From the human T2T-CHM13v2.0 reference genome, Homo sapiens, in the NCBI RefSeq assembly GCF_009914755.1, contig NC_060928.1: a DNA stretch of 64,000 nucleotides, one strand, 5' to 3'. A model generated the notes under the pieces. That model was not told the origin of the DNA, did no database searches, and saw only the letters and a program-made list of their open reading frames with translations. Positions 41,018 through 53,155 of this stretch are shown here, piece after piece. Position numbers and translations under genes: made by a program. Each line of letters opens with the position of its first letter. Position 1 is the stretch's first letter.

Positions 41018-44000
41018 TTTCTTTCTATCTGTCTCTCTGTTATTCCCATCTCTGTGTGCCGTCCTCACACCCCTTCACCATACTATTACATAGTATGCTA
41101 AAATGAAACAATTCAGACAGTATTGTTCCAATCATACATGCATTTATTAGAAAGAAGGCACAGAAAATATAAAAATTCAAAGGAGTTTTAGTAGTTGTTT
41201 CTGGGATGTAATATTAATTAGGACATGACATACACTAGATAACTGCTGGTAGAGAATCCATTAAAAAAACACATACCCACAAAGACATACACACTAACTT
41301 ACTCACAATGTCTATAAATATATATTTGTATATATGTATATATAAACATGTATTTTAAAGTAAATACAGAAATATAACTAAGATATATCATATTATGTCA
41401 ATAATAATCAAAATACAGTAGAACAATCTGAAAATCTCCAAATTAATTTCACATAGCTAATTATTTCAAGATGCTAAATATTTTTGTTCATTAAAATAAA
41501 GATAAATTTGTGATTTTTCTCCATATCTGATCTTGCAAAAATTCAAAAACTATTCATAAGCATTTTAATTTAATATCAATATAATTATTTTCACAAGTTC
41601 AGTTAGAATTGTTTCTCTGTATATGGAAGTAATGGAAATGTTAATTCAGTTGCCAAGGTTTGACAAAAGATACCATTTTTGACAAAATGGATGAACCTAG
41701 AAGATATTATGCTAAGTAAATTAAGCAAGTTCAAGAAGGACAAATATTTTATGATTCCACTTATATTAGTTAAGTAAAATAGGCAAACTAATTGAAGCAG
41801 ACAATAAAATAGTGTTTTCCAGGGGTTTGGGAGAGAGAGAAATTGGGAGTTGTTGCTCAGCGGGTATAAAGTTTCACTTATGCTTATGAATAAGCATAGT
41901 GATTTCCTCTGCAATATAATGCCTATGGTTAACAACGTGGTATTGTGCACTTAATAATGTGCTAAGAGGGTAAATCGCAAGCATTATTACCATCAAAATC
42001 AAAGACTGACAAAGAGAGCTTTTGTAGGTGATGGATATGTTTATTACCTTCACTGTTATAATGACAGCATCATGGGTGCACATATATGTCCAAACTCAAC
42101 AATTCATAAATATATATATTACATATATATAATATATATATAAATATATATATTATATATATTATATATATTATATATAATATATATAATATATATGTAT
42201 GTATAAAATACTTGGTTTTTTATTCAATTGTACTTCAATAAAGCCATTAAAATTATATACATCTATTTTTGAAATTTATATGATGCATTTCTTAAATTGA
42301 TGTACAAATTATTTATCTACAAGAAATCAAATAATTCATTGAGGTGTCGGGGAAAATGGTATTGTGGTTTTTATTTGAATTGATGATCAAACATTTCACA
42401 GACAAAAACACAAATATAGCGAAATAATATTTCCTAGATCAGACAGAAATTTATTTAAATTTTAAACTCTATATCTGATTCTTAAAATTACTTCCCACAA
42501 AAAGAGATAAAATTTCAAAATCCAGGTTGCCTTTAACACTGCAAATTTTGACTTGCACTGTTTTCAGAAAGTTATATCAATATAAATAACAGAGGACATT
42601 TTGATCTTATGGACCGAAACCCAGCTTCTGTCTATAACATAAAAAAAAAACAAGTGAATGCCTTACTTTATCCATCACCCAGGCTCTATAATAATGGATT
42701 TTCTTAAATAAAGTGGGAAGCCTGTGCGCAGCACTAGAGGAAATCATGTTATCATTTCAATAATCTATTAATGAGTTTAACATTTTGGTAAAAGATTGAG
42801 TTGACAAGGTCTGACTTCCATTATGTAATGATAGCTAGATATGTAATGATAACTCCTATCGCTGTTACTAGTCCTTCTTTTCCAAGCTAAGTACAGTTTA
42901 AAATTTGGAAACAAGCATATTTCTTTAGAGAGAGATGGCACGGATCAAAATGAATCCACTGACATTTTGACTGTAGAAGAAAGGAAAGACCAAAAGTCAA
43001 TTCCCACAATTGGAACAAAAGTCAGTCCAAAAAAGTTGGGACATAAGTCTCAGAACTTAATGTCTCCTGGCTTGTACATGGAGAACAGGGCATAATTAAG
43101 CTACTTTTGAATAACCCTATAAAAACTTTAACATTCTGAGGTGAAGAAGAAGTAGCCAGATTTAATCTTGAATAAAACTGACTAGATTCAGTTTTAACCT
43201 ATAAAAAAAGAAAGTCTTTTTTCTATAAAGTCTTATAGTTGCTTTTTTAAAAGTAACATATGAGATCATCCTGTGCTTTTTTAAAAAATCAGGTTTGAAT
43301 GTTAACAGTCTTTTGTGTTTTCACATAAATTTTAAGATTTTTTTTCAATTCTGCAAGAAATACCATAGGAATTTAATAGAGTTTGCAATAAATCCATTAA
43401 TCACTGTCAGAAGTACAGCCATTTTAATAATATGAATGTTCATCTCTGGTCTAGCAAAGATACTCCATCTGACACATGGGATGCCAGTGGAGCAAATACT
43501 TGGTGGAAATTGCAGGAGTCCACTACCAGACTCTAGGATCTATTGGATTTTGCAATGGTCAGACTTTTAATCAAAGATGTAATGGAGCCCATCATCCTGC
43601 ATCCTTTATACTTTTAAGGTCTTTTATTTTCACAATCCCCAGGCATGTAACGCAATATTATTTTCCATTTTCTGGGTCACCTGACATCTGTGGTAATGGA
43701 GGAATGAAGAAGCTTCATGTATCTAGTGAATTGAAGAGTTGTCTTCCCCATAAATGTGTCCAGTGAGTAACCTCCAGAATCTATTAAAGTGACTTTATTG
43801 GAGAGAAGATCTTTGCAGATGTATGTAAAAAAAGAAAATCAAGACAAATTTATTCTGGATTTATGATGTGCTCTAAATCCAATGACAGATATCTTTATAA
43901 GGAGAAAGGTAGGAGGATCCCTTGAGGCCAGGAATCCAAGACCAGCCAAGTCAACATAGCAAGACATCGCTTCTACAAAAAATTAAAAACAAACAAATTT

Positions 44001-44918
44001 TTTTGAAAAGAATAAAAGCAGGAGAAAATTGGGAAGAAAGAAAAGAAAAGATGATGCTGAGGAAAGAGAAGTTGGTGAGAAGCCATAAGCCATGGGACTC
44101 CAAGAATTGTCAGCAACCAGTAAAGGCCAAGAGACAGGCATTGAACTGTTTTTCTCTTAGAGCCTCCAGAACAAATGAACCCTGAGAATACAGATTTTGA
44201 CTTTCTGGCTTAGATAGCTATCAGAGAATAATTTCTATTTTAAGCAGCCCAAGAAACTAATGCAAAGATAATCCACTTGGCCTTTCCCACTAAAATGACT
44301 TGTATCCAGGCACCAATGATATAATTCACGGTTTTTCTAAAGAGAAAGTGTATCTACACAATTATGCATTTTGGAAATTGAGGAAATCACCAGTTATCCT
44401 AGGGATGTCACTGTCCCTTTCAGGAAAAAAAAAAATATGGAATCAGTATCATGGGAGTTTATTTGGCTTTACAGAATTTTTTTCCCTGAAGGGCCTGGTG
44501 TCTTTGTCCGTAAATAAATTTCAGGTCTGAAAGCAAACTTAGATCCAGACCCTTGACAGTTTATTGTGATTTCTAGTGAGGACAGCTGCCCTCAACTTTT
44601 TAGTATCCATTCTTGAACTCTTCTGGTATTATAGATTGAGAAATTCCCTTGGTCACCTATCTGTTTTGTCCCTAGTGCTATCTTCTCTATTACTATGTAC
44701 ACAGCTTTCTAAATTAGGTCTTTCTGGATAACACCCCAGTCTTAGTACTCATGTGTATTATGACTATCTCCCTTCTGAAGGTCTCTATTATTTCAATATC
44801 TGATCATAAATCGTATCAGTGAGGTTGGTTTGGTGAGTCAAAAAAGACCTATCAAAGGATAGACATGTTGAACATTCATTACAACTAGCAAATATTTGAT
44901 AGATTTCCAGCACTGTAT

Positions 44919-45358
44919 AAGATGTCTATGTCCAACAACGATAGACTGGATTAAGAAAATGTAGCACATATACACCATGGAATACTATGCAGCCACAAAA
45001 AATGATGAGTTCATGTCCTTTGTAGGGACATGGATGAAATTGGAAACTGTCATTCTCAGCAAACTATCGCAAGGAATGTAAACCAAACACCACATGTTCT
45101 CACTCATAGGTGGGAATTGAACAATGAAAACACATGGACACAGGAAGGGGAACATCACACTCTGGGGACTGTTGTGGGGTGGGGGAGGGGGGAGAGATAA
45201 CATTAGGAGATATACCTAATGCTAAATGACGAGTTAATAGGCGCAGCACACCAACATGGCACATGTATACATATGTAACAAATCTGCACTTTGTGCACAT
45301 GTACCCTAAAACTTAAAGTATAATAATAATAAAACTTAAAAAAAAAAGATGTCTATGT
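44919..45358 (+). mobile_element. Short L1PA (L1PA3-5-like) 3' end with poly(A) and 13-bp TSD
   Basis: TSD aagatgtctatgt at 44919-44931 and 45346-45358; ggagatatacctaatgctaaatgacgagttaa; taataataataaaa tail. Confidence 0.93.
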
Positions 45359-46714
45359 TAATATATCCACTATCATAAGCCTTCTGATTCCCTCTTTCAT
45401 TCACTGGCAAGGCCATTCCAGCACACAAGTTTCATTTTGTAGTAGCCACAGTTTTTCCCAAGATTATGAAGGTATCTTAGTAGTAGTCTGTTACCACTAC
45501 CTTCTGAAGTTTGAGCACAACTATTAAATTCTATTTCCTTTGAGAGTGCCTCAAAACAAAAAAGGAAAGTGATGTTGAACTTTTTGAAAGTGTTTGCTGC
45601 ATCTATTGAAATGATCATGATGTATTTCTTTTTAGTCCTAGGTATGTGATGAATCACATTTATTTATTTGCATATGTTTAACGAATCTTGCATCCTAAGA
45701 TTAATGCCTACTTGATTGTGCTGGTTAGATTTTGATGTGCTGCTGAATTCAATTAATTAGTACTTTGTTGACGATTTTTGTGTCTATATTCATGATAGAT
45801 ATTGGCCTGATGTTTTCTTTTCTTCCTGTGTCTCTGCAAGGTTTTGGTATCAGAGCAATCTTGGCCTCATAGAATGACTTAAGGAGGAGTCCCTCCTCCT
45901 CAATTTGTTGAAATAATTCAGTAGGATGGCTAGAATTTCTTTTTATATGTATAAAAGAATTTGGCTGTGAATCTATCTGAATCAGGTCTTTTTTGTTTGC
46001 TGGACTTTATATTACTGATTCAGTTTTGGAACTCATTTTGGGTCAGTTCAGGGTTTCTATTTCTACCCGGTTCAACTTTGGGAGGATGTAGGTGTCCAGA
46101 AATTTATCTGCTTCTTCTAGGTTTTGAAATTTGTGTGCCTAGAGATGGTCATAATGGCCTTTGCAGGTAGTTTGTTTTTCCTGAGGTTGATGATGATCCC
46201 CTCTTTGTCATTTCTGAGTGTGTTTATTTGGATCATCTCTCTTTCATTCTTTTGTAGTCTATCTAGTAATTAATCAATCTTATTTATTCTTTCAAATAAC
46301 AAACTTTCAGTATTGTTGATGTTTTCTATGATTGTTTGTTCTCAATTTTACTCTAAAAAACCCTGAGCAAATTATGTGTTAAGGGAAAATACTCCAAAAT
46401 AGTAAGAGCCATCTGTGAAAACTCACAGTCAACATCATACTGAATGCGCAAAAGCTCAAAGGATTCCTCTTGAGAACTGGAACAAGGCAATGATGTCCAT
46501 TCTAACCATTGCTATTCAGTACAGTATTGGAAGTCCTAGCCAGAGTAAGAGAGAAAAACAAAAGACATCCAAATAGAAAGAGGGAAAGACAAACTATCTC
46601 TCTTCTCAGATGGTATTATTTTATACACAGAAAACCCCAAAGCCTCTGTCCAAAAGCTCCTACTTCTGAAAAACAACTTCAGCAAAGTTTCAGAAGAAAA
46701 AATGTATGTACAAA

Positions 46715-49700
46715 TGAGAGGAGGTTCCAGCTGTGTTTCCTTGGTCGAGTAGGGGCTCCGAAAACTGTGAAACTCACTCATTTCCTGCATCAGAACTTAC
46801 TTTGGTCCTGGATGAATCATACTGAAGATATATGCTTAAAATATTCCTAACATCAGAATTCGTGCATGTGTTTTCTTCCCCAGGAAAGCTATAAACAGAG
46901 AAACTTTAGTTGTAACCTTCCCTGTGTCTTTGCTCCCTCTCTCCCTTCCCCCTCCCCTGAAACTAAAAGGAATGTTAAAGGCCAGTTTTTCCATGACCAG
47001 CAGCCGTTGTCTATGCTCCCAATTCCAATTCCTTGTAAACACAATTTGTAAAATCCTGTGAGATTCTGTCTCCTTTGCCATGCCGCTGCAAGATTATAAA
47101 GTAGATAAAACTTCAGTTACAATTCAGGTTTTCCTCAAGATCTAAGACATGTTAATTGTCTTTTTTTCTCGCTCTGGTAACATCTTCCCACCACATTTAT
47201 TTCCCGTCTTAAAGAGTTTAAAAGGTGATCGAAAAATCCAACACTAGCTACCCGCTTGGGACCCCTTCCACCCTGTGGAAGCTTTGTACCATCACTCTGC
47301 TCGATAAAGCCTACAGCTTTTTTTTCTCTCGGTTGACCCGTGTCTCTCTCTCACCCTCACTGAGGGCTGCCGCCACACCAAATCTTTGGCAAGGCTTAGG
47401 CAAGAACCTTTGGCATTACATTTTTGGCTGGCCAGCCAGGAGGATCTCCAGGAAAGGCATCTAGATCGTCACGTGGCGAGTACGATGGGACCTCTTTGGC
47501 TTGCTATTCTATCCTGTCCTTCCTTAGAATTCAGAGGCTAAACCGGGCACCTGTCAGCCACTTAAAGGTGATTATCGCGGCCATGGGACTAAAGACAGGG
47601 TGTCAGCCTCTCTGGAAAAGGGCTAACAACCCCTACCCTTTGGGACTGGGAATGTTGGTAAGTCTGGATGCAGTTCATACTCTTTCACTTTCCGTGGTGG
47701 TCCACAAGTACACCGGGAGTTATCAGCGGACTTTCTAGTCCAGATTTCCTGGTTGAGATCATGGAGCCGCCAAAGGCCTCCCCTGCAAGGGTTACTGAGT
47801 GTGAGACCGCCATATCTTCTGACCCCTTCCTCCTGGGTCCTAATGTCCGCCAGCTAGACTTCTTTCCTCACCTCACAAGCAAGGTTATTCCCACTAGGCA
47901 GGATGAAGATTTTCTATTTAAAAGTCTTAAATTCTTGGGATGGTGCCCAGAAGAGCCCTGTTCATGGTTGCTTCCAGGGATTAGGCAGGTGTTTCCGTTC
48001 CATGGCTATTTTGAAGGGCCAGTTCCCCACCATAGTGTATGGTCCCCCACATCAAGACAATTTAAATATAGGTCTGTAATTTTCATGTGGATAGTAGATG
48101 CCTTAGGGTATTTCCTCCATTGCTCCCCAGACAGACTTTCCCCCTTCTTGGGGCCTCTCAAGTACAATCTGTGGTGCATGGGTACAGCTCTTAGAGCCAT
48201 TGAAAAGCTATTTGAACCATTCAATAGTTGGTACTGGAAGGAAGAAATGTAGTCAGTTGGGACACAGGATACTGGTACCGCCGTAAGAGAGGGGCTTGCT
48301 CCTTAGATGGCAAGTGGGGACAGAAGGTTAGAGTACAGCAGCTGTTCTCTCAGCCCTGGCCTAGAGAACATCGACCACCCCCTTCAAGCTTACTAAGCCT
48401 CCTGTCACTAATTTAGAGATTTCTCCTTGAAGGACAGTTTTGTGGCCAGGCCCATGTAAATCGGGCCTTAGCATGCAGGCATCAGTGGTGCCTCAGGCCC
48501 AGGCCTTGCCGCCATGGAACAGGTAGGACGCATTGGCAGAAGGACCACAATAAATCCAACAGTCCTTGTGCTCCATTTAGTGGTCAATGGGTGCACAGCA
48601 GGGACAAGGGAAGTTTCCATACCGCCGGTAAGCATGGTTAAATCCAGTAGATGGAGGGCTCAGGAAAAGAGGCCATGAGCTTTGAGCACAACTGGACCTG
48701 ACCCTTGAGGGACGCCCTAAGGGAAGACGAGTCCCAGGAATAACCAGGGGTGCGGGCATCCCTGTGTTTAAAATTCCAGATGGGCACCACACCTTCCAAA
48801 CCGGACACTCCCTTAAGATGTATTCTGAATAACTGGGACAAATTCAACCCTGAAACCTTAAAAAAGAAGCGGCTGATTATCTTCTGTACCACTGCCTGGC
48901 CACAATATTCCTCACAAAATGGAGAAACTTGGCCCCCTGAGGGAAGTATTAATTATAACACATTTCTACAACCAGATCTTTTCTGTAAACAGGAAGATAA
49001 ATGGAGTGAAGTCCCTTATGTACAGGCTTTCTTTGCCCTTCATGACAATACTGCCCTGTGCCAAGCCTGCAAGCTTTGCCCAAATGACAGAGGGACACAG
49101 TTGCCTCCATACTCAGGGCCTCTTCCCTCAGCCCTACTCTCCTCCTGCACTGACTCTCCTCCATCCAGCCCTACTGAAGTGTTAAAGGCACACCGGAAAG
49201 AGAATGTAAACTGTGTGAACCAGGCATTCAAACTATGTCCCTTATAAGCAGTAGGAGGAGAATTGGGGCCCATTCACGTGCATGTCCCCTTCTCACTCTC
49301 AGATTTGAAACAAATAAAGGCAGATTTAGGGAAATTCTCAGATGATCCTGATAACTATATAGATGTCCTGCAAGGATTGGGGCAGTCCTTTGATCTAACA
49401 TGGACAGATATCATGTTGCTTCTTGATCAGACCGTAAGTCCTACTGAAAAAGAAGCAGCTTTAGCAGCAGCCTGGCAATTTGGGGATCTGTGGTACCTTA
49501 GCTAGGTAAATGATTGAATGACCCTGGAGGAGAGGGAAATATCCCCCCAGGGCAACAGGCAGTCCCTAGTGTGGACCCTCACTGGGATACTTACTCAGAT
49601 CATGGAGATAGGAGCCGCAGGCATTTGCAAACTTGCATTTAGGTGGGTTGAGGAAGACTAGGAAAAAGCCTATGGACTACTCAATGCTATTATTACACAG

Positions 49701-52458
49701 GGAATTACACAGGGAAAGGAGGGAAACCCATCCGCTTTTCCAGAAAGGCTAAGGAAGGCCCTAAGAAAGCACACACACCCCTAACTCCAGATTCCGTTGA
49801 AGCCAACTTATTTTAAAGGATAAATTTGTCACCCAATCAGTGGCTGACATTAGGAGAAAACTCCAAAAGTCTGCTTTTGGCCCGGAACAAAATTTAGAGA
49901 CATTATTAAACCTGGCAACCTCAGTGTTCTATAAGAGGGACCAAGAGGAACAGGCCAAAAGGGAAAAGCAAGATAAGAGAAAGGCTGCAGCCTTAGTCAT
50001 GGCCCTCAGACAGGCAGACCTTGGTGGCTCAGAGAGAATCAAGAGGAGAGGCCAATTGCCTAGTAGGGCTTGTTATCAGTGGGGTTTGCAAGGACACTTT
50101 AAGAAAGATTGTTCAACAACAACAAAAAAAAACCACCCCCTCACCCATGTCCAATTGGTGCACTGCCCCAGAGGATGAAGGCCCTCTGGACCAGAAGCAC
50201 CCACCCAGATGATTCAGCAACAGGACTGAGGGTGCCTGGGGCAAGCGCTAGCTCATGCCATCACCCTCACAGAGCCCCGGGTAAGTTTGACCATTGAGGG
50301 CCAGGAAGTGGACTTCCTCCTGGGCACTGGCGCGGCCTTCTCAGTTTTAACCTCTTGCCCCAGACGACTGTCCCCAAAGTCTGTTACTATCCGAGGAATC
50401 TTAGGACAGCCTGTAACCAGGTATTTCTCTTGCCTCCTCAGCTGCAGTTGGGAGACTTTGCTCTTTTCACATGCCTTTCTTATAATGCCTGAAAGTCCCA
50501 TACCCTTCTTAGGGAAGAACATATTAGCCAAAGCTGGGGCCATTATCTACATGAATATGGGGAACAAATTACCCATTTGTTGTCCCCTACTTGAAGAAGG
50601 AATCAACTTCGAGGTCTGGGCCTTAGAAGGATAATTTGGAAGGGCAAAGAATGCTCATCCAGTCCAAATCAAGCTAAAAGACCCCACCATTTTTCCTTAT
50701 CAAAGGCAATATCCCTTAAGGCCTGAAGCTCTCAAAGGATTACAGGATATTGTTAGAAATTTAAAAGCTCAAGGTTTAGTAAAAATATGTAGCAGTCCTT
50801 GGAACACCCCAATCCTAGGAATACAAAAACCAAATAGTCAGTGGAGACTAGTGCAAGACCTCAGGTTTCACCTGTCTACCTTCAGGCATTTTTTTCATCT
50901 GTTATAACACTGCCTATCATGCCTAAATGGCACTCCGAAAGAACTGTGCTTTCTCTCCTTTCTAGCACCTCCCATGTCCATATATACTGAACAAGAGTTA
51001 CAAAGTCTCCTTATAACCCAATCTTGCCACACACAAGCCCTTAGTGTCCCTTTTACTATAGGAGCCAGAATACTAGGCAGGCTTGGGACTGGAATTGGAG
51101 GCATAACCACCTCCACCCCATTCTATTATAAATTATCATGAGAATTAAATGATCACATGGAATGAGTTGCCAACTCTCTAGTGACCCTATAAAGCCAGCT
51201 TAATTCTCTAGCTGTGGTAGTCCTTCAAAATTGGAGAGCCCTAGACTTATTAACAGCTGAAAGAGGAGGAACCTGCCTCTTCTTAGGAGAAGAATGTTGC
51301 TATTTCGTTAACCAGTCAGGAATCATTACTGAAAAGGTCAAAGAAATAAGAGAACGAATAGAAAGTAGAAAAAAGGAGCTTGAACACTCAGGGCCCTGAA
51401 ATATGTTTAACCAATGGGTACCTTGGATCCTCCCCTTTGTAGGCCTGTGACAGCCATCCAACTATTACTCGCTTTTGGGCCTTGCATTTTTAACCTCCTT
51501 GTCAAATTTGTTTCCTCCAGGATCGAGGCCATCAATCTACAGATGATCTTACACATGGAACCTCAAATGAGCTCAACTCATGCTTCTACCAAGGACCCCT
51601 GGATCCACCCGCTGGTCCCTCACTAGCCTAAAAACTTCTCCTCTGGAAGACACCACAACTACAGGTCCCCTTCTTTGCCCCTAACCAGCAGGAAGTAGCC
51701 AGAATGACCGCCGCCCTGTTCCCAACAGCGGTTGGTGTGTCCTGTCTAGAGGGGGGACTGAGTTGGTTCCAGCTGGGCTTTCTGGGTTAAGTAGGGGCTC
51801 AGAAAGCTGCGAAACTCACTCATTTCCTACATCATGGCTTACTTTGGTCCTGGATGAATAATATTGACGATATATGCTTAAAATATTCCTAACATCAGAA
51901 TTTGTGCATGTGTTTTCTTCCCCCAAGAAAGCTATAAAAAGCGAAACTTTTGCTGTAAGCTTACCTGTGTCCATGCTCCCTCTCTCCCTTCCTCCTCCCC
52001 TGAAACTGAAAGGAATTTTAACAGCCAGTTTTTCTGTGACCAGCAGAACTTGTCTATGCTCCCAATTCCAATTCCTTGTAAACACAATTTGTAAAATCCT
52101 GTGAGATTCTGTCTCCTTTGCCATGCCACTGCAAGGTTATAAAGTAGATAAAACTTAAGTTACAATTCTGGTTTTCCTCAAGACCTAAGACTTGTTAATT
52201 GTCTTTGTTTATCTCTCTGGAAACATCTTCCCACCACATGTATTTTCTGCCTTAAAAGAGTTTAAAAGGTGATCAAAAAATCTAACACTGGCTACCCGCT
52301 CGGGACCCCTTCCATGCTGTGGAAGCTTTGTACTGTCACTCTGCTCAATAAAGCCTGCAGCTTTTTTTTCTCTCAGTTGATCCATGTCTCTCTCTCACCG
52401 AAGGCTGCCGCCACACCAAATCTTTGGTGTGGCTAAGGCAAGAACCTTCGGCATTAGA
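46715..52458 (+). mobile_element. HERV30-like provirus with both LTRs, pol-env deleted, 4-bp TSD CAAA
   Basis: 5' LTR 46715..47420; PBS tggctggccagccaggag 47425..47442; splice donor ttg|gtaagt ~47658; gag 48780..50229; pro-pol 50230..50865; env remnant 50861..~51650; PPT agaggggggac 51748..51758; 3' LTR 51759..52458; caaa at 46711-46714 and 52459-52462. Confidence 0.92.
47761..48641 (+). pseudogene. Pre-gag leader ORF, right provirus (-1 at ~48249, TAG at 48414)
   Basis: ATCATGG start; MEPPKASPARVTECET...WYWKEE, then VVSWDTGYWYRRKRG...; ends aagcatggtTAA 48641. Same 881-bp span as the left copy. Confidence 0.75.
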
Positions 52459-53155
52459 CAAATATCAGTAACATTTGTTTATACCAACAACATCCAGGCT
52501 GAGAGCCAAATCAAGAATGCACTACCATTTACAACAGCCACAAATAAAATACCTAGAAATACAGCTAACCAGGGAGGTGAGGAATCTCTACCCTAAATGT
52601 TACAAAATGCTGTTGAAAAAATAGAAACAACACCAACAAAAAGAAATGTATTTCATGCTCAATTATAGAAAGAATTAATATTGTTAAATTGACCATACTG
52701 CCCAAAGTAATTTACTGATTCAGTGCTATTTCTATCAAACTACCATGAACATTTTCAATGCAATTGGAAAAAAAAAACTTCTAAAATTCCTATGAAACCA
52801 GAAATAGCCCAAAAGTCAAAACAGGTCTAAGCACAAAAACAAAGCCAGAGGCATCACAATACCCAACTTCACACTCTAATACAAGGCTACAGTAACTGAA
52901 ACAGCCTGGTACTTGTACAAAAACAGACACATAGACCAATGGAACCAGTTAAAGCACCCAGAAATAAAGCCTTACACCTACAGTCATCTGATTTAAACAA
53001 AGTCAATAAGAACAAACAATGGGGGAAACAACTCACTCTTCAATAAATGGTGCTAAATAACTGTCTAGCCATATGCAGAAGACTGAAACTAGATATCTTC
53101 TTTTTACCATATGCAAAAACCAACTGAAGATGGGTTAAAAATGTAAATGTTTAGC

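Larger units (their letters stand above)
35330..51493 (+). repeat. Right arm of large inverted segmental duplication
   Basis: Collinear reverse complement of 1..15538, plus ~570 bp (45146..45715) absent from the left arm. The true outer boundary probably lies beyond 51493, but the partner sequence is outside the window. Confidence 0.97.

Noticed and set aside
40864-41068. Lys/Glu/Arg-rich ORFs (also 13274..13618, 37252..37544)
   Set aside because: Translations of (GAAA)n microsatellites and L1 3' UTR.
42560-42635. Possible exon 4 of the same relic (ttatggaccgaaacccagctt ~ LGPNTRL)
   Set aside because: No WIPQNDLLG signature; too weak.
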